NCBI GenBank assembly: GCA_017550925.1
Contig: JAFZNL010000293.1
Location: forward strand, 1 to 39,477
Source of the DNA: Lachnospiraceae bacterium
GTDB lineage: Bacteria; Bacillota; Clostridia; Lachnospirales; Lachnospiraceae
Length of the DNA: 39,477 nucleotides
Direction of reading: 5' to 3'
Shown: positions 8,074 through 16,541 of the stretch, in pieces
Layout: each line of letters starts with the position of its first letter
Numbering within the stretch: the first letter of the stretch is position 1
The notes under the pieces: generated by a model
Databases searched by the model: none
What the model saw: only the letters and a program-made list of their open reading frames with translations
Told to the model about the DNA's origin: nothing
Translations under genes and position numbers: made by a program

Positions 8074-8190
8074 TTCCTGCTCCTTATATCCTTAGATTGA
8101 TCATCCGAAATACTGCTGTGGCTGCCAAGTTTCTACTATAATTTATATGTATAAGTAAAACCCAAGCCGCACCGCTACAAACTATACACC

Positions 8191-8229
8191 AAAAAAAGAG
8201 CCGTGTAAAGAATTTTCTTTACACGGCCC
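8191..8229 (-). terminator. rho-independent terminator ending the pilus operon
   Basis: A perfect 12-bp stem GCCGTGTAAAGA/TCTTTACACGGC (8200-8211 with 8216-8227) has a 4-nt loop. On the minus strand it is followed by TC plus T7. It lies 16 nt after the stop of the 1682-aa gene. Confidence 0.85.
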
Positions 8230-8244
8230 TTTGATTCTTAACTC

Positions 8245-11200
8245 TTAGTTCAGTCTCAACAGACTTGTCTTGGTAACTCTCAGCTTCTCAACACCATAGT
8301 TCTGAGGATCGGTATCAGAAGGATTCGTTACAATGGTCTTACCTGTCATAGCGGATACACTGTAGAAGATCGAGTGTACTTTCGCATAGATCGTGAAGTC
8401 CGCATTCGTATTCAGATAATTCATCGGCAGGTAGATTGCATAGGTCAGACCGCTATGGAGTTTATCAAACTTATTTGTGGTTGCATTCCTGCTAAGCTCA
8501 GTCGTCAGCGCACCATTCGTATCGGCCTCAAACAGTCTGATCTGATCTGTCACATCCACAACAAAGTCGGAATCCGTATTGCCGAAACCATCAGCGTACT
8601 GCAGCCATTCGGTTGTTCTGTTACCTGCATTCGTTGTCACAGATGCAACTGTGGTATCATTCCGCATAGAACTTGTCTGCAGGAAGAACTTCAGATCCAG
8701 TTCCTTAGAACCTCTGACGAAGTTATTATCTTCCAGTCGCAGGTAAACGATGGTACCATTTGCTTCCTGTCCTGCCGTTGTATTCGGATCAACGAACTTG
8801 TACTTATAATTTCCGTCCGCATCCTTCACTACGGAAGAGTTCACTGTTTCATCCTGTGTTACATTACCATCATACGGAACAGCAATATTGGTAATCTCCG
8901 GTGCATCTAATGTATGGTTTTCATAGAATCCAACCCTCGGCCGGATGAATTTGCTCTTGTATGCGGCAAACAGCGTATTTACAAAGAGCTGTGCTTCATA
9001 CTCGGAACCTGCCGTTACGGATGAATGGCCGGCACCTGTGTAGGTAACATTACCTTTGTTATAGATGTAATATGCATCTGCAGGTCTGACGCCGCCGGAG
9101 TTCACTCCGAACGGATCTGATCCTGATGTATTCGTTCCAAGGGTATACCATACAACGCAGTCAGACTCACCGTCATTATCATCATCTGCATCCATATCCA
9201 GTTCGAAATACTGGTTATGTGTTGTTGCAACCTTGAAACTTGCCGGGATCGCATACGGGAAGGATGTCAGCTGACCTTCATTCAATTTATCTACCGTATA
9301 AGTACCTGCATTCAGGTTTCCGCTGCCCCATTTAAATCTGTTATTATACTTCACAAAGGTCTGTGCTCCGCTGTCATTATACATATAACGGTTCATAGAC
9401 AGAACCGAATCTCCTGCCTTATATGCCGACAGCGTATTTCTCAGTGAACCGGGTTCATAAGCCGGCGTCTTTCCTGTATTCTCAACTGCTTCAAATACGC
9501 CGCCGTCAGCCGCTCTCGTATAATTTACATTCGTGAATAAGCTGTTCATCGCATTCGCCGGTGCAGTTTTGACTCTGTTCAGAAGCGAATATGATCCGTC
9601 ATTCTCCGGAATAATGTAATCCGTAACGCCATACTTATCCATTCCTACAAGGTCACGCAAAGCATAGAAATGTCTGGAATCCGGCATCACCGTATTGAAC
9701 ATGATGAAGTCATGGGTCAGCAGAACCGGATTACCGTTCTCGATATAAGCCTGCAAACCATCCGTTGCAGTCTGCGTACCAAACGGTGCGTAGTTATCAC
9801 CGAAACCGAGAACGATCATGCTGGCACCGACAATATTATCTGCTGCATCGATCACGTATTCGTCAAAATACTGCTGACCAAATTCAGCTGCCGTCAAAGA
9901 AGGATCCGCATTATGCGCTGCCGTATATTTATTATTGAAATCCGTCTGGAAGGTATTGGTATCGATCGTATCGATATATACCTTATACCCCGGCATCTTA
10001 TTCAGATATTTACCAAAACGGCTTCCGTTATTTCTGGTATGGTTTGTTTCACTGGTGTACAGCTGTGTCTCCAGGTTCAGTGTACTCGAAGTATGGTTGA
10101 TCTGAAGGATCTTAATAACCTCATCACCATCCATGGGCTTGGCCACCGTGTTGCCCTGAACAGAAGCATGGGCTGCACTGACTGTCTTATGATCCACCGC
10201 AAACTTCCACGCCAGATAACCGGAATAATCATCATCAACTGCTCGCTTTAGTTCATATTCCACATCCTTCTTCAGTGCATAATACTCTGAATCATCCGGA
10301 TCTCTGTCCGCTTCTGCTCCGCTCGATTTCACGCGGATCGTCACGTCGGTAATATCCTCTGTTTCCTTTGAGTACTTACCGTCATTATTGATATCCAGAT
10401 ACAGATGCGGCCTGAACGTTGAATCTGCGGACATACCGGAGATCTCGGAATTGATCACAAAACCGAAAGTCAGGTATCTGTGGCCATTGGAATCTGCAGT
10501 CAGATATTTTACAGTCGTCGGATCGATAACCAGCGATCCGGGGCTCAGCTCATAATCATAAGCCTGCGGAACCTGTGTCATGGTCAGGCTCACCCTCTGT
10601 TTCAGGATATATTTCTCAAGTGTTTCCTGTGCAACGATTCCTCTCTTAACATCTTCGCAGCTGATCAGGTTCTGGCAGGGCTCAAAGAACGTAGTACCAT
10701 CATAGCTGTTTACATATTCGCCGTTTTGTCCGTATTTATACTGGTAGCGATAACCCAGTGCGTACTCGAACAGCTCATACATATAAGAGGAGTTATCCAT
10801 TCTGCCCTTATCAGTTTTGCTGTTATCATTCGGTTTCTTGACAGCAGTCGGATTTACTTCCCTTTCCTGCGCACCTGCTGTATCAGTTGTTGTCATCAGC
10901 TCCTTATCACAAAGGATCAGGTTGCCGTTATCCAGGAAAGCTTCCAGTTTCGACAGCTTATCTTTCGTGATATCTCTGGAGCCATATCTGTGCCACTTTG
11001 TATCCGGTGTCATAAAGTGATCCATACGCGCTTCATTCACTCTGGTCATACTACCCTGCGAATAATATACATTTCCATACATGGCAGTATTCTGCGTATT
11101 TGTAGATGCGCCGGTGGTAATTCTGAACTGCGGCAGGGATTTCTTTACTTTTGCGGTCACTGACATTCCTTCATACGCCGCCGTGCTGGTTGCCGCATCT

Positions 11201-13293
11201 AATTCTTTCCTGGTATCTATCTGTTCTTCATAATAGAGATCGCCTCTTTGTACTCCGATATAGATGATATCGTAGGTCTCGATCAGGTCTTCATTATGAC
11301 CGTTAAACTCATCCACGTTCATGGATGTGAACCGGATATCATCGATCTTTTTCTGATAATACTCACTCAGATAGTTCGCTGCAAATTCATCACGATTCTT
11401 CTTATATGTATCTGCCAGATATCCATACTCCTCAGATTTCGAATCGACCGGATTATACAGGAAGGAATTCACAGGCTCAATCTCAAGAATATGCAGTGTC
11501 TCCTTCAAAAGGGTCAGCGGATTGCCATCGCTGCAGAGGATATACTGAATCGCCACGGCCGGTGATACGTAAGTTGGCATCTGTCCGTCTGTAGAGTTCT
11601 TATTCGTTGTCGATATATATTCCAGCACAGCTGCAAAACCATTTGCTGCTACTTCCGACGTATATGCATTACTGAAATCACCGGTACAGAACAGATCTCC
11701 TGCATCCGTTTTCGATCTTGAAGCCGCATAGTCAGCAACATGATGATCATATACATATACGTTTCCGTTTACAAAGTTATGGGACGGAACATCGATCATG
11801 TTATCCTTTAAGTATTTCAGGAATTCGTCTGACAGATTGTTCGGATCTGCCAGCGTGATCTTTGTTTTTCCGGTGGTCGAATCCGTGGATTCTACCAGAT
11901 CACTGCCATACAGCGCATAGGCACTGCTGATGGAATCATTCAGCCATAACAGGCGGCACAGCTTATCCACGTTTAATTCTTTTCCGCCGGAATATGCCTT
12001 ATAGTCCATCATAACGGCTTTATGATCGTTTACTTCCTGATCAAAGATCGCCGCCATGACCGCCGGCTTTAAGTCTTTTGTTTCTGAGAATACTACCCCG
12101 GCATCTTTATTTGAACTCGAGGAAATATAGATCAGGTTTGCATTGTCAATATCATCCGTATTGACTTCATTCGCCGGTTTTACATTATATTCAATCTTTG
12201 AATTTGCGTATTCAATCCTACTTCCGAGCACAAATTCACGGAATGCGTCATTAGAAAAGAATCTGTAATTCTGGTCATTTGACATATAAATCGGATCATC
12301 CGTGCTGTAACCGAGATAATAATGTCTTGCCGGATCCGGCACTTCATCAATTCTGATCGCCGTAAAATTCAGATTACCCGTGTTTGTATCATTTCTCGTA
12401 ATATACGGCACGCCAGTCGACGAAGTCGGAAGTTCCTGGCCCGCCCTGATATCCGTGACAAGGGTCTTGACGGTGATTACAAAATTTCCATCTGCATCCT
12501 CTGTGTATCCTTTCTCAACTGCATTTTCACTGACAGTTTTGACTCCATCCGCATCAGCTGCCCAGGTATCTACCGTATTACCACTAACGGTTTCCTGCGT
12601 AACCTGATAAATACCGCCATCATCACCCATAGTATAACCATCGGCAATGTTATAAGCGCCATGATATGCATTATCATCACCGAGCTCAGCCAATGAATAG
12701 GTACCTGATACAAGGATGAAAGTATCCGGAAGCAGATATGGCGTTGTATTCTTATAGGTATCGCTGAAAACCTGCGCGGATTGCGTACCGCCATAATATG
12801 CAAAGATCGGATATTCTTCCACGCCGCTAGCACCTAAACGGTCATCCTTGATCAAACCATATTCCCAATAATTATGGATCGTATCGAGATCAGGATTATC
12901 ATTCAGCGCATTAAATGTCCTTTCCGTCAATGCCATGCCATAGGTAGCGGAAGTCGGCGACTGAATTGCGATATCTACATACCCTGATGGGGTTGCTTTC
13001 GGCGACCTGGGGCCGCGCAGAAAATAACCCATTTCGGAATACTTGTTAAAGTTCTTCGCGGTCTCATACTGGAATGTATTGCTCATTACCTCACTCGACG
13101 GCGTGATCTCGAGAATCTTCAGAACCGTATTACCGTCGCTTACAGGGAATTTCTGCGTAATGCCATCAAATACCTTGACCGCCTGTGCCTCCTGCACGCC
13201 GCTCAAAGTACCTGTCAGGAACATGACCGCAGCCATGGTAATCCCGGCAAATCCCATCCCTATTCTTTTGAGTGCTGTGTTCTTTTTCATCAT
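8245..13293 (-). CDS. 1682-aa secreted protein, last gene of the T4P operon (candidate pilus-associated adhesin, unknown family)
   Basis: It has a Sec-type signal peptide MMKKNTALKRIGMGFAGITMAAVMFLTGTLSGVQEAQA|VK, not a prepilin leader. There is no LPXTG motif and no C-terminal TM. A module signature recurs three times (see findings), and there is an acidic DxDxDG-like motif at 9160-9198. Function is inferred from position only. Confidence 0.85.
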   Translation of the reverse strand: MMKKNTALKRIGMGFAGITMAAVMFLTGTLSGVQEAQAVKVFDGITQKFPVSDGNTVLKILEITPSSEVMSNTFQYETAKNFNKYSEMGYFLRGPRSPKATPSGYVDIAIQSPTSATYGMALTERTFNALNDNPDLDTIHNYWEYGLIKDDRLGASGVEEYPIFAYYGGTQSAQVFSDTYKNTTPYLLPDTFILVSGTYSLAELGDDNAYHGAYNIADGYTMGDDGGIYQVTQETVSGNTVDTWAADADGVKTVSENAVEKGYTEDADGNFVITVKTLVTDIRAGQELPTSSTGVPYITRNDTNTGNLNFTAIRIDEVPDPARHYYLGYSTDDPIYMSNDQNYRFFSNDAFREFVLGSRIEYANSKIEYNVKPANEVNTDDIDNANLIYISSSSNKDAGVVFSETKDLKPAVMAAIFDQEVNDHKAVMMDYKAYSGGKELNVDKLCRLLWLNDSISSAYALYGSDLVESTDSTTGKTKITLADPNNLSDEFLKYLKDNMIDVPSHNFVNGNVYVYDHHVADYAASRSKTDAGDLFCTGDFSNAYTSEVAANGFAAVLEYISTTNKNSTDGQMPTYVSPAVAIQYILCSDGNPLTLLKETLHILEIEPVNSFLYNPVDSKSEEYGYLADTYKKNRDEFAANYLSEYYQKKIDDIRFTSMNVDEFNGHNEDLIETYDIIYIGVQRGDLYYEEQIDTRKELDAATSTAAYEGMSVTAKVKKSLPQFRITTGASTNTQNTAMYGNVYYSQGSMTRVNEARMDHFMTPDTKWHRYGSRDITKDKLSKLEAFLDNGNLILCDKELMTTTDTAGAQEREVNPTAVKKPNDNSKTDKGRMDNSSYMYELFEYALGYRYQYKYGQNGEYVNSYDGTTFFEPCQNLISCEDVKRGIVAQETLEKYILKQRVSLTMTQVPQAYDYELSPGSLVIDPTTVKYLTADSNGHRYLTFGFVINSEISGMSADSTFRPHLYLDINNDGKYSKETEDITDVTIRVKSSGAEADRDPDDSEYYALKKDVEYELKRAVDDDYSGYLAWKFAVDHKTVSAAHASVQGNTVAKPMDGDEVIKILQINHTSSTLNLETQLYTSETNHTRNNGSRFGKYLNKMPGYKVYIDTIDTNTFQTDFNNKYTAAHNADPSLTAAEFGQQYFDEYVIDAADNIVGASMIVLGFGDNYAPFGTQTATDGLQAYIENGNPVLLTHDFIMFNTVMPDSRHFYALRDLVGMDKYGVTDYIIPENDGSYSLLNRVKTAPANAMNSLFTNVNYTRAADGGVFEAVENTGKTPAYEPGSLRNTLSAYKAGDSVLSMNRYMYNDSGAQTFVKYNNRFKWGSGNLNAGTYTVDKLNEGQLTSFPYAIPASFKVATTHNQYFELDMDADDDNDGESDCVVWYTLGTNTSGSDPFGVNSGGVRPADAYYIYNKGNVTYTGAGHSSVTAGSEYEAQLFVNTLFAAYKSKFIRPRVGFYENHTLDAPEITNIAVPYDGNVTQDETVNSSVVKDADGNYKYKFVDPNTTAGQEANGTIVYLRLEDNNFVRGSKELDLKFFLQTSSMRNDTTVASVTTNAGNRTTEWLQYADGFGNTDSDFVVDVTDQIRLFEADTNGALTTELSRNATTNKFDKLHSGLTYAIYLPMNYLNTNADFTIYAKVHSIFYSVSAMTGKTIVTNPSDTDPQNYGVEKLRVTKTSLLRLN

Positions 13294-13361
13294 AACTCTC
13301 TCCCGTCCTGCCTACTGCAGTCTGTCACGCCAATTCCGTGCTTGATCAGTGTTGTTTCTCA

Positions 13362-15920
13362 TTAGGTCGTCGGTACCCAAGATTTACTTGTCGGACTGTA
13401 TTTATACTTCTTGCTTCCATAGTTCAGATACAGATAACTGCCCTGTGAATAAATGCCGGCCGTGATCGTATTTCCGTTCGCATCCAGTCCCGTAATGGTG
13501 GACGGTCCGTTCGGCTGATTACTGATGGTCGTCGGGAATTTCAGTCCCGTTTCCGTGGACGTACTGTCTTTTGTCGGGAAGTATACATCTGCTCCTTCCA
13601 CATTTACGGTGATCACCTTGTAATCCGTATAGGAAGCCGCATACTGGCCGATTTTGATCCTGTAATAATCATCCGCGGTCAGGCGCAGGGTGATCGGATC
13701 CGTCATATATTTCCCACCCGCTTTGGCGCTCAGGGTCACTGTTCCTTCATCCACAAAGGTATCCGCATTACCATAACCGGTCATCATGCTGATGGTAAAG
13801 TCTTTATTCACACCACCCTGGCCTTCTTTCAGCAGGTTGTTTGCCATATCGCCGGCAGTATCCGTATTCTTGCCAAGGTATGCACCAAAATAATACATAC
13901 CGCTCTTCGGCTCCATCAGGTTATAGTACTTTGTTGTAACCGAAATGTTTTTACTCTTACCTTTTGCCAATACGATGATATCGGATGTCGGAGAAACTTT
14001 ACTGGTCACTACCGGTTTCGGCGAATAGGTACAATCCTTCTGAAGTTCTGTCAGCTGGCTGACTGAACATCCAAGTGCGGCAGCTGCTTGCGCCTTATAT
14101 TCGCTAAGCCCCTGTCCGATGATGCAATAAGGCTTCGTTGCATCATTGGTCGTATAACCCATTACGTAATGGATCAGTACATTGCCATCGTAGAAGTTCT
14201 TCTTCTGGTCTCCGGAATAGGAGAATGCATTATAGTCCAGATACAGTCTGATCTCCCCGTTCGAATCCGTTGAAATCTTCACCTTGCTGGCACCGTGGTC
14301 TGCTTCTGAAGAGTTGCCGACACCATCCACCATTGTCACTGCAAAGAACTTCACTTCATTGACAGTCGGCACATCATCCTGAGGGTAAGGTTTCTCACCA
14401 TAATACAGGCTGCTGATATTGGTACGGTATCCACGGCTGTATGCACCGTCAGCATTACTTGTCCTGGTGCTCGGCAGGATACCGAAGATCTTCTCTCCGT
14501 ATACCGTATCATCATACTCGGAATAAGCCGTTACCTTAAATGCGAAATCATTGGTTGCGCCCTTACCAAGCTGTACAACATTCGTTGTCAGATTAGTGCC
14601 CGGATTTACAAGCCTTGCAATATTTGCGTCATTGACTACAGCCCAGTCACTGTCGCTTCCGTCATATCTTCTCGATTCCAGTTTCCAGGTCACGCCCGTC
14701 AGATCCAATACATTGACAAGTTCCGGCTTCGCCCTGAAGGAGATACTCTGACCTCCACCGTATGTAACATAGAAATCTGCCTCATTTGCTTCATGGCCGT
14801 TATAAGGATTCTCTTCATAGATCTCATCCCAGTCCTTGATATTCGGAGAAGGGTTAGGGTTTACAGACACGCTGCGGCACATACGCAGATTAACGGTTCC
14901 GTTCGCGGTTACAGCAGGTGTTGTCTTATTCTCGCCATTCTTTGTATAAGCACCGACTGCACTGACTCTCACATTATAGGAAGTCATTGCTTTCGAAAAG
15001 TCTACATTGGTAACATTCAAAAGCGCAGTATCCTCCGTGCCGGCGATGGACGCCCATCCGTCAGAACCTGAATCAACTGACCAGGTATAAGAGATCTTAT
15101 CACGGCTGATGGTACCGGTCGGGAATGCCCTGTATCCAACCTGCGGTGAAGTGGCATCAAATGTCAGATAGGAGTCCGCTGAGCTTGTGGGATTTGACTT
15201 ATAATATCTGCCGAAAAGCCTGTTGTTCTTGATATCAATATAGATTCTGGGCGGCTCCATTGTCAGTCTGTTCAGCGTCGGATCAGCATCCGGATCTTCC
15301 ACAGTCGCCGTTGCGGGAAGTTCCTGATTTCTGACATAAACCTGATAATCACCGTGATATGTCTGGCCTCTCTTCTCAATCAGCATATCGTAGCTGACAA
15401 TACTCTCATTTCCGTAGCGGCTCAGATCCACATCAAAAGAGCTCACATATTCACCAAGCAGCGACGTTGTAGTTGTTGTGCCGCCGCCACCATCCGGCTC
15501 TTCCGTAACAAGATAAACTTCTTTTCGGGTATTATCATATACTACCCTGTACGTAGTCATACTTCCGTCAGCATTGATCGTCTGTACGATCAGGAACTTA
15601 TTCGGATCCGCATCAGGCGTGATCGTGATATTGTTCCCGTATGCATCCACGCGGTTATATGTTGCTGCGAGCATTCCGACCGCTGTCGTGGGATCATCAA
15701 TAATATTCTTTGAATCGATCAATATATCGGAAATGGAATTCGCCACCAGCTGGGATTCCGATTGCAGCTGCGATTCCGCACTGGTTCTTGAATACATGCC
15801 TGAGGACGAATTCATCATTGTAAAGATCATCACTCCCAAAGAGCCAAGAACTGCTATTGCAATAATCAGCTCCAAAAGTGAAAAACCCTTCTGCTTCTTA
15901 CTCATTCTCATTTTTTTCAT
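13362..15920 (-). CDS. giant pilin-like protein (~852 aa) with a prepilin-type N-terminal cleavage/methylation motif
   Basis: MKKMRMSKKQKG|FSLLELIIAIAVLGSLGVMIF is a class III signal (G-1, F+1, E+5, hydrophobic helix). ATG 15920 with AAAGGAG 8 nt upstream is preferred over the track GTG at 15929. The remainder is Ser/Thr/Asn-rich and beta-rich with Ig-like segments. Confidence 0.85.
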   Translation of the reverse strand: MKKMRMSKKQKGFSLLELIIAIAVLGSLGVMIFTMMNSSSGMYSRTSAESQLQSESQLVANSISDILIDSKNIIDDPTTAVGMLAATYNRVDAYGNNITITPDADPNKFLIVQTINADGSMTTYRVVYDNTRKEVYLVTEEPDGGGGTTTTTSLLGEYVSSFDVDLSRYGNESIVSYDMLIEKRGQTYHGDYQVYVRNQELPATATVEDPDADPTLNRLTMEPPRIYIDIKNNRLFGRYYKSNPTSSADSYLTFDATSPQVGYRAFPTGTISRDKISYTWSVDSGSDGWASIAGTEDTALLNVTNVDFSKAMTSYNVRVSAVGAYTKNGENKTTPAVTANGTVNLRMCRSVSVNPNPSPNIKDWDEIYEENPYNGHEANEADFYVTYGGGQSISFRAKPELVNVLDLTGVTWKLESRRYDGSDSDWAVVNDANIARLVNPGTNLTTNVVQLGKGATNDFAFKVTAYSEYDDTVYGEKIFGILPSTRTSNADGAYSRGYRTNISSLYYGEKPYPQDDVPTVNEVKFFAVTMVDGVGNSSEADHGASKVKISTDSNGEIRLYLDYNAFSYSGDQKKNFYDGNVLIHYVMGYTTNDATKPYCIIGQGLSEYKAQAAAALGCSVSQLTELQKDCTYSPKPVVTSKVSPTSDIIVLAKGKSKNISVTTKYYNLMEPKSGMYYFGAYLGKNTDTAGDMANNLLKEGQGGVNKDFTISMMTGYGNADTFVDEGTVTLSAKAGGKYMTDPITLRLTADDYYRIKIGQYAASYTDYKVITVNVEGADVYFPTKDSTSTETGLKFPTTISNQPNGPSTITGLDANGNTITAGIYSQGSYLYLNYGSKKYKYSPTSKSWVPTT

Positions 15921-15995
15921 TCCGGACACTCCTTTAATCCCGCTTTGTGGCCTTGTGCACCAACTCTTTTGCTCAATTTGATTATTGCCTGCTTA

Positions 15996-16541
15996 TTATC
16001 TTGTTCTGTTGATCACCTTGCCGGTGGCCGGGATCAACTGTATCTGATATACCTTATTTGCTGAGGAGTAACACTCTATATATTCCACCTGTGATAGCCC
16101 CGCAGTCGGAGACGGAGATGACAACATCGCTCCGGTAGATCTGTTAAAGCAAATCGTCAATGCTCCGGTAGCCTCATCACCAATTTCCGTTGTCGTAATA
16201 CTGTTTCCGCCATACCTGATACCGATCCTTGCACCGATCTCCACTGCATCTTCCGGTGTTCCGTTCACATAGGTCTTCCGATAGATCTTCTTTCCGTCCT
16301 TATAGACAACCATATAAATATCGCCATTGTTTACCGCTTTCGAAAGTGTTTTTACTTTCAATTCAGAGATGGAATTTGCAAGCAGATTCTTGCATTTTCT
16401 GGCCCTGTAGCCGTTCAATGCATCAATATTATTGGCCATCAATCCCAGAAGAACGCTCAGTATCGCGACAGCTACTATCAGCTCCACCAAACTGAAACCC
16501 TTCTGTACACTTCTTTTATCGGAACGATTTGCGTCTGCCAT
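15996..16541 (-). CDS. minor pilin (prepilin-type N-terminal motif)
   Basis: MADANRSDKRSVQKG|FSLVELIVAVAILSVLLGL. ATG 16541 with GGAGG 8 nt upstream is preferred over TTG 16556. The ATG overlaps the upstream stop as TAATG, which suggests translational coupling. Confidence 0.85.
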   Translation of the reverse strand: MADANRSDKRSVQKGFSLVELIVAVAILSVLLGLMANNIDALNGYRARKCKNLLANSISELKVKTLSKAVNNGDIYMVVYKDGKKIYRKTYVNGTPEDAVEIGARIGIRYGGNSITTTEIGDEATGALTICFNRSTGAMLSSPSPTAGLSQVEYIECYSSANKVYQIQLIPATGKVINRTR

